A stretch of DNA of 42,203 nucleotides from Clostridia bacterium (GTDB lineage: Bacteria > Bacillota > Clostridia > UMGS1883 > UMGS1540): positions 1 through 42,203 of the forward strand of contig JAZSIR010000005.1 in the NCBI GenBank assembly GCA_045533905.1, written 5' to 3'. A program made the translations under genes and the position numbers. Below, piece by piece: positions 19,749 through 29,544 of the stretch. Under the pieces are notes generated by a model. It saw only the letters and a list, made by a program, of their open reading frames with translations. It had not been told where the DNA came from and did no database searches. The stretch's first letter is position 1; every line of letters begins with the position of its first letter.

Positions 19749-21128
19749 TTGGAAAATACATTATCGTACGCACGAAAATGTGTGTGGACCAATAAAAGAG
19801 AAGAAAAAGATGCCATTTTCTCTTTTTGTGACGGTTATAAAAACTTTTTAAACGTTGCCAGAACGGAACGTGAGTTTGTCTCCGCTGCAGAAGAAGCCGC
19901 AAAGGCACAGGGATTCGTTTCTATATCGCAGAAAGAAGAACTGAAGTCGGGTGACAAAATTTACTGTGTAAACCGCGGAAAAGGAATTTTAATGGCTGTT
20001 ATCGGTCACACTTCCATTGAAGAAGGAGTCCGCATTGTAGGTGCGCACATTGATTCGCCGCGCCTGGATCTTAAGCAAAACCCCTTATATGAAGACGGCG
20101 AAATGGCGCTTCTCAAAACGCACTATTACGGTGGCATTCGCAAATACCAGTGGCTTGCCGCGCCGCTTGCCATGCACGGGAAGGTTGTGCTTGCAAATGG
20201 TGATTCTGTCGACATTGCCATCGGCGATGAAGGGGATGATTTCACCTTTACTATCAGCGATCTTCTGCCGCATCTGGCAAAGGAACAGGGCGGAAAGCCT
20301 GTTCGCGATGCTTTTGACGGCGAAAATCTGAATGTTCTTGTAGGCAGCATTCCGGTAGAGGATAAAGAGGAAAAGAAACCGATTAAAGAAGCGATTCTTC
20401 GCTACCTGAACGAAAAGTACGGTATGGTGGAAGAGGATTTTCTAAGCGCTGAAATTGAGATGATTCCGGCAATTCGCGTCCGTGATGTCGGTTTTGACAG
20501 AAGTATGATCGGCGGCCCGGGTCAGGATGATCGCGTGTGCGCTTACACGGCTATGCAAGCTATTTTTGAAGCCGAGGCGCCGGAACATACCGCCATTTGT
20601 CTCCTTGTTGACAAAGAAGAAATCGGCAGCATGGGGAATACCGGTATGCAGTCGAGGTTCTTCGAAAATACGCTAGCTGAAATTGCCTATAAGCTTGGAA
20701 ACACGGCTGATATTTCTGTTCGCCGTTGCCTTTCGAAATCCAAGTGTCTCTCTGCGGATGTAAATGCAGCCTTTGATCCGACCTATGCAAGTGTATACGA
20801 AAAGAATAACGCTGCCATTTTGGGGCACGGTGTAACCATCAGTAAATACACCGGCCACGGCGGAAAATCTGAATCGAGCGATGCTTCTGCGGAATTTATG
20901 GGTGAAATTCGCCGTTTGTTCAACGAAAACGGCGTTATTTGGCAGACTGCGGAACTTGGAAGAGTCGGTGTAGGCGGCGGGGGTACAATTGCGCAGTATG
21001 TGGCAAATCTCAATGTAGATACCATTGACTGCGGAACCGCTCTTTTATCCATGCATGCGCCGTTTGAAGTGTCCAGCAAGGCCGATGTGTATATGACATA
21101 CCGCGCCTATAAATGTTTTCTTGCATAA
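19749..21128 (+). CDS. M18-family aminopeptidase
   Basis: GAHIDSP, THYYGG, DDR, DKEEIGS, SADV, LSMHAP. Confidence 0.92.
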   Translation: MENTLSYARKCVWTNKREEKDAIFSFCDGYKNFLNVARTEREFVSAAEEAAKAQGFVSISQKEELKSGDKIYCVNRGKGILMAVIGHTSIEEGVRIVGAHIDSPRLDLKQNPLYEDGEMALLKTHYYGGIRKYQWLAAPLAMHGKVVLANGDSVDIAIGDEGDDFTFTISDLLPHLAKEQGGKPVRDAFDGENLNVLVGSIPVEDKEEKKPIKEAILRYLNEKYGMVEEDFLSAEIEMIPAIRVRDVGFDRSMIGGPGQDDRVCAYTAMQAIFEAEAPEHTAICLLVDKEEIGSMGNTGMQSRFFENTLAEIAYKLGNTADISVRRCLSKSKCLSADVNAAFDPTYASVYEKNNAAILGHGVTISKYTGHGGKSESSDASAEFMGEIRRLFNENGVIWQTAELGRVGVGGGGTIAQYVANLNVDTIDCGTALLSMHAPFEVSSKADVYMTYRAYKCFLA

Positions 21129-21871
21129 TGAAAAACTGTGTTTATGAGGAAACCCGTAAGGTTTCATACAGTCATCTGAATCAGGACAAAACCGTATGCA
21201 TTGCGGATCTTTTACGATTTTGCCAGGATAGCGCGGTTTCGCATACGGCAGAGTGCGGGTATCCGCTCGAAAGGCTCATTGCACTAAAAAGAGCTTGGCT
21301 CGTTCTTTCCATGCACATCCGCATCCAAAAGCCAATCCCGCTTTCGAAAAGCGTGCGTGTGCTGACTTGGCCATTCTCGTTTTCCCGCGTTTTAGGCCCA
21401 CGTGCTTTCCGCATCACAGATACAGATTCAGGCGCTGTCTATGCGGAAGCCACGTCGCTTTGGGCCTATGTCGATACGGAGACCGGAAAACCGGCAGAAA
21501 TCCCCCCAGAAATGCTGGCACAGTATGCAGAAGGGGAGGCGCCGGCACTTTCATTTTTGCGCCGTGCGCCCCAATATAATGCAGACATACATATCGCAGA
21601 TTTTCGCGTCCTGAAGAGAGATCTGGATACAAATGTACATATGAATAATGTAAAATATCTCGAGTATGCAGAGGAAGCCGTTCCGAATGGTTTTTCCATT
21701 TCAGAGGTGGAGATTTTTTACAAGCAACCGGCCGTATACGGTGACATCTTATCTTTATATGCTACCGAAACTGAAGGCGATGAGATTCTAACGGTTCTTA
21801 AAAATCAAAACGGCGATATTTGTGCATATATAAAGTTTATTTCGGAAAAAAGGACAGACGAAACAGTATGA
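21128..21871 (+). CDS. Acyl-ACP thioesterase (double hotdog)
   Basis: DLDTNVHMNNVKY motif; TAATG overlap with the upstream stop codon. Confidence 0.88.
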   Translation: MKNCVYEETRKVSYSHLNQDKTVCIADLLRFCQDSAVSHTAECGYPLERLIALKRAWLVLSMHIRIQKPIPLSKSVRVLTWPFSFSRVLGPRAFRITDTDSGAVYAEATSLWAYVDTETGKPAEIPPEMLAQYAEGEAPALSFLRRAPQYNADIHIADFRVLKRDLDTNVHMNNVKYLEYAEEAVPNGFSISEVEIFYKQPAVYGDILSLYATETEGDEILTVLKNQNGDICAYIKFISEKRTDETV

Positions 21872-22362
21872 AAATCTTAGGGATTGACCCAGGGTATGCA
21901 ATTATAGGATACGGCGTAATTGCACATGATAATGCACGTTTTACGCCTATTGACTGCGGTGTTTTAACCACACCGCAGGATATGCCCTTTCCTAAAAGAC
22001 TGAAATCGTTATATGATGCAGCATCCCTTCTTATTGCCCAAACGAAGCCGGATGTTGTTGCGGTGGAAACATTATTTTTCAACACCAATGTCACCACGGC
22101 CATTGCAGTAGGGCATGCACGTGGGGTTTTGATTTTAGCTGCTGAAAATGCAGGAATCCCTGTATTTGAATACACACCGCTTCAAATCAAGCAGGCCATT
22201 ACAGGGTACGGAAGAGCGGACAAAATTCAGATGCAGCAGATGGTAAAAATGCTACTTGGCCTTGCGGCCGTTCCGAAGCCGGATGATGCCGCAGATGCGC
22301 TTGCAGTTGCCATTTGCCACGGTCAATCTTATAAACTGAATGAAAAAACAGGAGAGAAATAA
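21868..22362 (+). CDS. ruvC: Holliday junction resolvase RuvC
   Basis: MKILGIDPG, TGYGRADK, DDAADALA. Confidence 0.96.
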   Translation: MKILGIDPGYAIIGYGVIAHDNARFTPIDCGVLTTPQDMPFPKRLKSLYDAASLLIAQTKPDVVAVETLFFNTNVTTAIAVGHARGVLILAAENAGIPVFEYTPLQIKQAITGYGRADKIQMQQMVKMLLGLAAVPKPDDAADALAVAICHGQSYKLNEKTGEK

Positions 22363-22943
22363 TGTTCTATTCATTAAAAGGCATACTCTCGCAAAAATTT
22401 GAAAACTTTCTGGTACTGGATATCGGCGGTGTTGGTTTTAAGGTGTTTACGTCGGAAGGTACGCTTTCCGGTGCTGCACAAGGTACGGAAATTACCGTGT
22501 ATACATATACACACGTTCGCGAAGATGCTCTCGATATCTTTGGCTTTCTTTCAAAAGAAGAGCTTTCCTTCTTTCAAAAGTTGATTTCTATTTCCGGTGT
22601 GGGTCCTAAAGTTGCGCTTGCAATATTGTCCACACATTCACCACAGGGTATCGTTTTTGCCGTTTTATCCAGTGATGCGAAAAAGCTCTCGCGTGCACCT
22701 GGTGTAGGCATAAAGCTTGCACAGCGAATTATATTGGAACTCAAAGACAAAATGAAAAACGAGGAAGTCACAGAGGCGATAGAGACGCCTGTTGCCGCTT
22801 CACGCGGAAACGAGGAAGCAATCGGGGCACTCTTGGCACTTGGGTACAGCGAAGGAGAAGCGAGACGTGCGATTGCATCTGTAGGCGACGGCCTCTCGTT
22901 GGAAGAAACCATAAAAAAAGCGCTAATCGCTTTGGCGGGATAG
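22362..22943 (+). CDS. ruvA: Holliday junction branch migration protein RuvA
   Basis: VREDA, SGVGPK, PGVGIK HhH motifs, ALGY. Confidence 0.96.
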   Translation: MFYSLKGILSQKFENFLVLDIGGVGFKVFTSEGTLSGAAQGTEITVYTYTHVREDALDIFGFLSKEELSFFQKLISISGVGPKVALAILSTHSPQGIVFAVLSSDAKKLSRAPGVGIKLAQRIILELKDKMKNEEVTEAIETPVAASRGNEEAIGALLALGYSEGEARRAIASVGDGLSLEETIKKALIALAG

Positions 22944-22953
22944 GGGAGAGAGT

Positions 22954-23961
22954 ATGGATTTTGAAGAAAGCAGAATCATCACATCCATGCAGCTGGAGCA
23001 GGAAAGTGATTTGGAGGTTGCACTTCGTCCCAGAAAAATGGATGAATATGTCGGGCAGTCGAAACTCAAAGACAATTTATCTGTATTCATTGAAGCGGCA
23101 AAACTCCGTCACGATGCGTTGGATCATTGCCTGTTATATGGACCGCCGGGGCTTGGCAAAACTACGCTTGCCGGCATTATTGCCAATGAGCTTGGGGTAA
23201 ATATCCGTGTAACAAGCGGACCATCTATTGAACGACCTGGGGATCTCGCGGCAGTACTGACAAACCTCGCACCAATGGATGTCTTGTTTATTGATGAAAT
23301 TCATCGTCTCAGCAAGGCGGTAGAAGAAATCTTATATCCTGCAATGGAAGACTATGCGCTGGATATTATGATAGGCAAAGGCCCGAGCGCAAGAAGCGTT
23401 CGTCTGGATTTACCAAAATTTACATTAGTTGGTGCCACAACGCGCGCAGGCCTTCTTTCGGCACCGCTTCGGGATCGCTTTGGAATTATATCGCGTCTTG
23501 AGCTCTACACGCCTGAGGAATTAATGCAAATTGTCAAACGTTCCGCTTCCATACTGAATATTGCAATATCCGAAGATGGGGCGGCTGAAATCGCTTCCAG
23601 GTCCCGCGGTACACCGCGAATTGCAAACCGTCTTCTGAAGAGACTGCGCGATTTTGCACAAATCAAGGGCGATGGTATCATCACGCGTGAGGTTGCAGAT
23701 GTGGGTCTTGGTATGCTTGAAATTGATAAAATAGGGCTCGATGCCGTAGACAGAAGGATGATTTTGTCCATTATACAAAATTTTGGCGGTGGCCCTGTTG
23801 GTCTTGACACACTCGCGGCTACAATCGGTGAAGATGCCACTACCATTGAGGATGTGTATGAACCGTATCTTATGCAGCTCGGCTTTTTGAACAGAACGCC
23901 ACGCGGTCGTATGGTCACAAGCCCTTGCTATAAGCATTTTGGTATTCCTGAAAACCGCTAA
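22954..23961 (+). CDS. ruvB: Holliday junction helicase RuvB
   Basis: [26 protein letters not shown]. Confidence 0.98.
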   Translation: MDFEESRIITSMQLEQESDLEVALRPRKMDEYVGQSKLKDNLSVFIEAAKLRHDALDHCLLYGPPGLGKTTLAGIIANELGVNIRVTSGPSIERPGDLAAVLTNLAPMDVLFIDEIHRLSKAVEEILYPAMEDYALDIMIGKGPSARSVRLDLPKFTLVGATTRAGLLSAPLRDRFGIISRLELYTPEELMQIVKRSASILNIAISEDGAAEIASRSRGTPRIANRLLKRLRDFAQIKGDGIITREVADVGLGMLEIDKIGLDAVDRRMILSIIQNFGGGPVGLDTLAATIGEDATTIEDVYEPYLMQLGFLNRTPRGRMVTSPCYKHFGIPENR

Positions 23962-23977
23962 CATATAAATATTGTAT

Positions 23978-24020
23978 AAAAAAACCGTCATAGGATATAC
24001 TTTTCCTATGACGGTTTTTT
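23978..24020 (+). terminator. Intrinsic terminator after ruvB
   Basis: AAAAAACCGTCATAGGA-loop-TCCTATGACGGTTTTTT. Confidence 0.8.
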
Positions 24021-24036
24021 GAAATGGAGCGTTGTA

Positions 24037-25272
24037 ATGAAAATCAAAGACGTAAATGCATTGGAAATTCTGGATTCAAGAGGGAATCCAACTGTAGCGG
24101 CTTACGTGAAAACAGAAAGCGGATTTGAAGGCTTCGGGATGGTGCCCTCCGGCGCCTCTACGGGAAGCTTTGAAGCCGTGGAACTTCGCGACAAAGATGA
24201 AAGATATCACGGCAAGGGCACACAAACAGCAGTTGCGAATATTCGTACACTTCTTGGTGCAGCTCTTTTGGGAAAAGATGTTTCAAAGCAGGATCTGATT
24301 GATGAAATCATACTGAAAACGGACGGAACAGAAAACAAAGCACATCTTGGTGCAAATGCAACACTTGCCGTATCTATTGCCTGCGTCCGCGCGGCCGCGG
24401 AAGCATATAAAATGGAACCGTATCAGTATCTTGGAGGCTCTGCAGCCGATCTTCTGCCACTTCCGATGATGAATATCATAAACGGAGGTGCGCACGCCGC
24501 GAATACGCTGGATATTCAGGAGTTTATGATAGTGCCCGTAGGTGCCGAAACCTTTTCAGAGGGGCTTCGAATGTGTGCGGAAATTTACCAAACCCTAAAA
24601 AAACAGCTCTCAGAAAAAGATATGATCATCGCGGTGGGGGATGAAGGCGGTTTTGCGCCCGATTTTCAAAGCCACGAAGCGGCAATTGAGGAAATTTTGC
24701 GAGCAATTGCGAAAAGCGGGTATAAAAGTGGGGAAGAGGTGAAGCTCGCCATGGATGCCGCCAGCTCCGAGTGGTTTGACGGCGAAGTGTACAAAATGCC
24801 AAAGTCCGGCAAAATTTTAGATAGGGAAGAGCTCTGCGAATACTGGGAAACCTTGGTACGTGACTACCCGATAATTTCGCTGGAGGATCCTGCGGCAGAA
24901 GAAGATTGGGAAACCTGGCAAACGCTTATGCGGCGACTCAAAATTCAGCTTGTTGGAGATGACCTTTTTGTTACAAATACAAAGCGCATTTATGAAGGTA
25001 TAGAAAAAAAGGCCGCCAATGCCGTTTTGATAAAGCCGAATCAGATTGGAACGGTCACAGAAACAATCGAAGCCGTAAAGCTTACAAAATCCCACGGTCT
25101 TGGCACGATTATATCGCACCGGTCAGGTGATACAGAAGATGCTTTCATTGCCGATCTTGCAGTAGGGCTCGGTGCAGGACAAATCAAGACCGGCGCTCCT
25201 GCAAGAAGCGAAAGAACGGCAAAATATAACCGCCTTTTATATATTGAAAACGTACTCCGACACAGAATATAA
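24037..25272 (+). CDS. eno: Enolase (phosphopyruvate hydratase)
   Basis: DSRGNPT, PSGASTG, GDEGGFAP, VGDDL, KPNQIG, SHRSG, QIKTG. Confidence 0.95.
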   Translation: MKIKDVNALEILDSRGNPTVAAYVKTESGFEGFGMVPSGASTGSFEAVELRDKDERYHGKGTQTAVANIRTLLGAALLGKDVSKQDLIDEIILKTDGTENKAHLGANATLAVSIACVRAAAEAYKMEPYQYLGGSAADLLPLPMMNIINGGAHAANTLDIQEFMIVPVGAETFSEGLRMCAEIYQTLKKQLSEKDMIIAVGDEGGFAPDFQSHEAAIEEILRAIAKSGYKSGEEVKLAMDAASSEWFDGEVYKMPKSGKILDREELCEYWETLVRDYPIISLEDPAAEEDWETWQTLMRRLKIQLVGDDLFVTNTKRIYEGIEKKAANAVLIKPNQIGTVTETIEAVKLTKSHGLGTIISHRSGDTEDAFIADLAVGLGAGQIKTGAPARSERTAKYNRLLYIENVLRHRI

Positions 25273-25273
25273 G

Positions 25274-25303
25274 AAAATACCGCCCAAATTGGCGGTATTT
25301 TTT
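25274..25303. terminator. Bidirectional terminator between eno and the recombinase gene
   Basis: AAAATACCGCC-CAAATT-GGCGGTATTTT between convergent genes. Confidence 0.8.
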
Positions 25304-26273
25304 ACTGTTTTGGTTTATTGGTTTCACCGGAAAGGGGGTTATTTGCAGTAGCCTCACGGAGCCTTTCGTTATCCACATGTGTATAAATCTGTGTGGTACT
25401 GAGCTGCGCATGTCCCAAAACTTCCTGCAGTGCGCGCATATCCACATTGCCATAGCGATACATAAGCGTAGCGGCCGTGTGGCGCAGTTTGTGGGCGGAA
25501 TATCTGGTACTGTCAAGCCCTGCGCGCTCCAGAGATTTTTTTACAATAATCTGCACCATTTTTCCACTCAGACGTGTACGATTCCGGCTTAAAAACAGGG
25601 CGTTTTTCTCTTTGACACCTTCGTGCGGGCGTACCTGTAAATACTGGTCCAAAGCCTTTTGACAGGCAGTATTTAAGTATATAATACGTTCTTTTGCACC
25701 TTTACCGAAAACACGGAGCTTTTCGCCGTCATAATCTCTTAAATTAATGCCTACAAGCTCGGAAAGACGAAGTCCGCAGTTCAGAAATAAGGTTAAAATC
25801 GCATAATCTCGTTCCGGAAACTGGCTCTCTACATTATCCAAAAGACGTCGGCTCTCATCCAGCGTAAGATACTTGGGCAACAGCCCCGGAATTTTCGGCG
25901 CATCCAGTTCTTTTGCAGGATTTTCAGAAAGGAGACCTGTTTTGGATGTTAAATACTTAAAATAGGTGCGAAGGCTTGAAACTTTTCGTGCACGTGCGCT
26001 CTGCGCGTTTTTACGTGCGGAAGAAATATAGTACATATATTCGTACAAGTCATTTCTGGTGACAGCCTTCAAATCTTCAATTGTAATATCTTTTATAGAG
26101 ACAGAATCAAAATCGTCGAAGGAAGCACGGCCGTTTTTACATTCCAGATAACGAAAGAACGTACGAAGGTCGTAGTAATATTCTTTTGTTGTTTTTTCCG
26201 ATTTGCCGAGAATAACTTCCATATAAACAAGGAAATCCTTCAGAACTATCGGAATATCTTGAAAATTCTCCAT
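25302..26273 (-). CDS. Xer-family tyrosine recombinase (XerC/XerS-like)
   Basis: Intact catalytic set: GLRLSEL (R), GKGAKER (K), HKLRH, LGH, TTQIYTH (Y); N-terminal core-binding domain. Confidence 0.92.
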   Translation of the reverse strand: MENFQDIPIVLKDFLVYMEVILGKSEKTTKEYYYDLRTFFRYLECKNGRASFDDFDSVSIKDITIEDLKAVTRNDLYEYMYYISSARKNAQSARARKVSSLRTYFKYLTSKTGLLSENPAKELDAPKIPGLLPKYLTLDESRRLLDNVESQFPERDYAILTLFLNCGLRLSELVGINLRDYDGEKLRVFGKGAKERIIYLNTACQKALDQYLQVRPHEGVKEKNALFLSRNRTRLSGKMVQIIVKKSLERAGLDSTRYSAHKLRHTAATLMYRYGNVDMRALQEVLGHAQLSTTQIYTHVDNERLREATANNPLSGETNKPKQ

Positions 26274-26288
26274 TTACTTCCTCCTCCC

Positions 26289-26318
26289 AATTAGACAAAA
26301 TTTTTATTTTGTCTAATT
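26289..26318. other. Perfect inverted repeat; candidate dif-like recombinase site or operator
   Basis: AATTAGACAAAA-TTTTTA-TTTTGTCTAATT directly upstream of the recombinase RBS. Confidence 0.6.
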
Positions 26319-26385
26319 ATGTATTTCTTTTTCGGGCTACTTCCCCCGGAGGCGCTTTTGGAACGAACGCTATACCGCGCGTGCG

Positions 26386-27786
26386 TTAAAAGATTTTTGC
26401 ATCTATCTCACAGTAGCGATTGTAGCACTCTGTGTAATCTATCCCACTCGGCGTGTATATCTTATTTGTTTTAACAAGACGCTCGCAGGCTTCCTCCACG
26501 CTTTTGTATACACCGATAGCTGTTCCTGCTAAAATTGCCGAGCCAAGGCAAGCTGTTTCTTCGTTTTTCAAAGTAACAAATGTTTTGCCCGTCATATCAG
26601 CTTTGATCTGGCACCAGAGCGGACTTTGTGCTCCACCACCCATCGTGCGCACTTCCCCACACGCAGCACCAATATAATCGAGATTCTCTTTCAGCATACA
26701 AGCAACGGCTTCCAAGATGCTCCGCACAGCGTGGCCACGGCCGTGTTCCATTGTAAGACCGTAAAATACGCCTTTTGCATCCGGATTATATTTCGGCATT
26801 GTCGCACCGCACAGATATGGCAAAAATGTGAGCCCTGCGGAACCTGCGGGTACATTTTCAGCAATTTCATCCAGTTCTCGGAAACTGAAGTTTTCACAGA
26901 AGTTGTTTTTGAACCATTTGAGGGCAATTCCTGCGGTCGGTGTCCACATCAAAAGACAATATTTGCCATCAAAATTTAGATGGCACGGGATTTTGTTGTC
27001 CTTTATGTAAGCAGGCATAGTATCGGAAGGAACGAAAATAACCATCGTGGTGCCTGTCATCTCACTAATTACGCCTTTTTTAACGATACCGGCGCCAATC
27101 GCTCCTGCAATCTGGTCAATTGCGCCTGTTACAATTTGAATTCCTTTGTATTCCCCTATTTTTTCACCACTTTTCAAAACTTTCGGGAAACAGGACTCTT
27201 CTATACCGATAAAGTCCAACATCTCCTTCCACCAGACACGCTTTTGAATGTCAAAATAGATAGTGGAAGATTGTAATGTTTCTTCTGTAACAAATTCTCC
27301 GGTGAGCTTATAGAGAAGATAGTCTTCAAGGAGAAAGATTTTTTTGATTTTTGCAAAAAGCGCCGGCTTCTCCTCGCGAAGCCATAAAAGCTTTGCTGCA
27401 GGCCACGTGGCGGTAATTTCAGGCTGCCCTGTAATTTCGTAAACTTTCTGCTCGCCAAAACGCTCGCGAATCTCGTCCGCCTGCTGCACGGCGCGGTTAT
27501 CCAGCCACACAATGGCCTTATCGAGCGGGTTTCCGTCCGCATCCGTTACAATTAATGTCTCACACTGTGTGTCAATACTGAGTGCGGAAATTTCATATTC
27601 TGCCGTGATTTCCGCAAGCGCTTCGGAAAGGAGTTTCCAATAGTCCTCTGCCGGAAACTCTACAAAATCCCCACTTACCTCCAGCGTGTAATCCTTTGTG
27701 ACTGATTTTACACAGTTTGCATTTTCATCGAAGGCAGCCGCTTTCAAAGAGGTGGTGCCTACATCAATACCAAGCAAATATCTCAT
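26386..27786 (-). CDS. FGGY-family carbohydrate kinase (xylulokinase-like)
   Basis: GIDVGTTS, WLDNRA, DQIAG, GGGAQSPLWCQIKAD. Confidence 0.9.
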   Translation of the reverse strand: MRYLLGIDVGTTSLKAAAFDENANCVKSVTKDYTLEVSGDFVEFPAEDYWKLLSEALAEITAEYEISALSIDTQCETLIVTDADGNPLDKAIVWLDNRAVQQADEIRERFGEQKVYEITGQPEITATWPAAKLLWLREEKPALFAKIKKIFLLEDYLLYKLTGEFVTEETLQSSTIYFDIQKRVWWKEMLDFIGIEESCFPKVLKSGEKIGEYKGIQIVTGAIDQIAGAIGAGIVKKGVISEMTGTTMVIFVPSDTMPAYIKDNKIPCHLNFDGKYCLLMWTPTAGIALKWFKNNFCENFSFRELDEIAENVPAGSAGLTFLPYLCGATMPKYNPDAKGVFYGLTMEHGRGHAVRSILEAVACMLKENLDYIGAACGEVRTMGGGAQSPLWCQIKADMTGKTFVTLKNEETACLGSAILAGTAIGVYKSVEEACERLVKTNKIYTPSGIDYTECYNRYCEIDAKIF

Positions 27787-27804
27787 TTTATCCCCTTCTA
27801 CAGA

Positions 27805-27830
27805 AGTAAGCGGACAAAAGTCCGCCTACT
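27805..27830 (-). terminator. Intergenic stem-loop between the isomerase and kinase genes
   Basis: AGTAGGCGGAC-TTTT-GTCCGCTTACT with only a weak U tail. Confidence 0.45.
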
Positions 27831-27837
27831 CTTTCTT

Positions 27838-29184
27838 TTATATAATCTGAATGCCGAGCATTTCGCAAAGGTTAGCGATTGCTTCTGTGTTGTCACCATG
27901 CGAAATGATATAGTGCTGGCACATAACGTTCTGTGCAAAATCCTCTACATCATCGAGAAGAATTTCGAGGCCGGGCAGCTGCGGCGCAGGTTGCGTCCAG
28001 CCGGCTTCTTCCCACTTGCGCGGAGCGATCCCCTCCCCTTTTACCATATGCATATAGTACTGACCATCCGCATATGTAAGGCGGCACATTGTTAAAATGC
28101 CTGTTTTTACACGGCTTACGTTCAAAATCCCCTCCGAAAGTTCACCAAATGCGGCCGGCATTACTGTAACGTCACCGTCCACAACTTCTGCCGGTACATA
28201 ATCAGGCACGCCGGCAAGAACTCTGTCGGCAAAGAATTCGTAGAATTCCAGGTAGCAGGCACACTGACCGGTTACATATTTCACCATAAGCTGTGTAATG
28301 TTACCGAGTGCATCGTTTTCCGGAATCGTGCAAAGCTTTGCTTCGTCAGATAAAAGCATAAGAATCGGCGCCGGCGGGAAACCGAGGAGCTTCTTCATAC
28401 CATCAACATCCTTGAGAGAAATCGCATCGTACCCTCTTTCATCGCAAATGGATTTGATGGCAAGATAATATCCTGCGGCCTTCTGCATACTTTCGGGATT
28501 TGCAGGCTTTACAAACTTCCATTTTGACATACAGTTGTCAATAACAGCCTGTTTTTCTTCTGCAGAAATTTTCTGATATCTCTGTTCGATTTCAAGCATT
28601 TCGAACGTTTCGATTTCAGGCCCGATTTCGCGCTTTAAGGAACCGCCGTCATACAGGGTTCCGTACAGATTCATATCGCGATACCCTGCCATACCGCTTC
28701 TGGCGTGGCGCAGCTTTTTGGCGGCCGCGGCGGCAATGGCATAATTATAGACCGTTTTGGTCTTGGAAGGAAGCCCGATAATATCATACACATATGTGAA
28801 GGTGTAGCCTAAATCAAAGAAGGTTTTTCGGATAGCCGTTGTGCCTGCCTGGTCAGCCGTGGTTACAAGCCTATCCCCTTCTACCCAGCCGCAAAGCCCC
28901 CAGAGTACCATCGGCACCTCGCGAAAATGTTCTGTGATTTTCACGACTGCATGTGTGGGAATCCAGCCGGCAATGCAGATGACGAGCGCATCAAATTCCT
29001 GCCCTTTTAAGGCAGCAATCGCCTTTTTTATATCCTTTTCTTCATAATCGTCCGTAACAGGATAAACAGAAAGTAAGTCTAGCCCTTCTTTCTTGAGGCC
29101 CTCTTCTGCAGCGCGGCACTTGTTCACAATCAGTTCCTTCGGCGTGTTAACCTCGCCAAAGCCTACAAAAGCTATCTTTGTCAC
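27838..29184 (-). CDS. L-fucose/L-arabinose isomerase superfamily protein
   Basis: PMVLWG, YDAISL, PEND metal-ligand region, TMCRL, C-terminal QHY..HGD; upstream of an FGGY kinase; GTG start with GAGGAGG. Confidence 0.75.
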   Translation of the reverse strand: MTKIAFVGFGEVNTPKELIVNKCRAAEEGLKKEGLDLLSVYPVTDDYEEKDIKKAIAALKGQEFDALVICIAGWIPTHAVVKITEHFREVPMVLWGLCGWVEGDRLVTTADQAGTTAIRKTFFDLGYTFTYVYDIIGLPSKTKTVYNYAIAAAAAKKLRHARSGMAGYRDMNLYGTLYDGGSLKREIGPEIETFEMLEIEQRYQKISAEEKQAVIDNCMSKWKFVKPANPESMQKAAGYYLAIKSICDERGYDAISLKDVDGMKKLLGFPPAPILMLLSDEAKLCTIPENDALGNITQLMVKYVTGQCACYLEFYEFFADRVLAGVPDYVPAEVVDGDVTVMPAAFGELSEGILNVSRVKTGILTMCRLTYADGQYYMHMVKGEGIAPRKWEEAGWTQPAPQLPGLEILLDDVEDFAQNVMCQHYIISHGDNTEAIANLCEMLGIQII

Positions 29185-29223
29185 AAAATAACCTCCTCAA
29201 AATGCCAAGATTTTCTTAAATAT

Positions 29224-29252
29224 ATTATAGCGAATTCAGGCGTCTGTGTCAA
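29224..29252 (-). promoter_or_regulatory. SigA promoter of the isomerase-kinase operon
   Basis: Perfect TTGACA-17 bp-TATAAT. Confidence 0.85.
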
Positions 29253-29264
29253 GAGCCTTGCCGG

Positions 29265-29296
29265 AAAAAGCGGAGCCAATATTAGCCCCGCTTTTC
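29265..29296 (-). terminator. Terminator downstream of tRNA-Pro
   Basis: AAAAGCGGGGCTAA-TA-TTGGCTCCGCTTTTT. Confidence 0.65.
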
Positions 29297-29380
29297 GGTT
29301 TATTTGAAGTATGTTTCAAGGAGGTTTGCCAGTTTGCAGCGAGCGCATCTATCAGAGTTTGCTTTGACAGAATAGAAATA

Positions 29381-29457
29381 TGGTCGGGGTTGCGGGACTT
29401 GAACCCGCGGCCTCATGGTCCCAAACCATGCGCGCTACCAAACTGCGCCAAACCCCG
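29381..29457 (-). tRNA. tRNA-Pro (UGG)
   Basis: CGGGGTT acceptor stem, anticodon arm CATGG-TTTGGGA-CCATG, GGTTCAAGTCC T-arm, encoded CCA. Confidence 0.97.
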
Positions 29458-29468
29458 ACAACTCCTTT

Positions 29469-29497
29469 ATTATAGATGAATTTTTGCGGATTGTCAA
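29469..29497 (-). promoter_or_regulatory. SigA promoter of tRNA-Pro
   Basis: Perfect TTGACA-17 bp-TATAAT. Confidence 0.85.
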
Positions 29498-29517
29498 GGC
29501 TTTCTGTGTTTTTTGGC

Positions 29518-29544
29518 ACCTTTATTCTCTCGTTTGCATATTCT
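29518..29544 (+). promoter_or_regulatory. SigK-like sporulation promoter candidate
   Basis: ACC-16 bp-CATATTCT fits the ACm-N16-CATAnnnT consensus. Confidence 0.4.

Noticed and set aside
26320-26385. LexA (GAAC-N4-GTTC) box or riboswitch upstream of the recombinase
   Set aside because: GAAC half-sites have no matching GTTC at the right spacing, and I recognised no riboswitch fold.
25302-29457. Integrative island at tRNA-Pro (integrase plus sugar genes)
   Set aside because: I found no duplicated tRNA 3' end (att) beyond the recombinase. The recombinase is Xer-sized, lacks an arm-binding domain, and is not adjacent to the tRNA.
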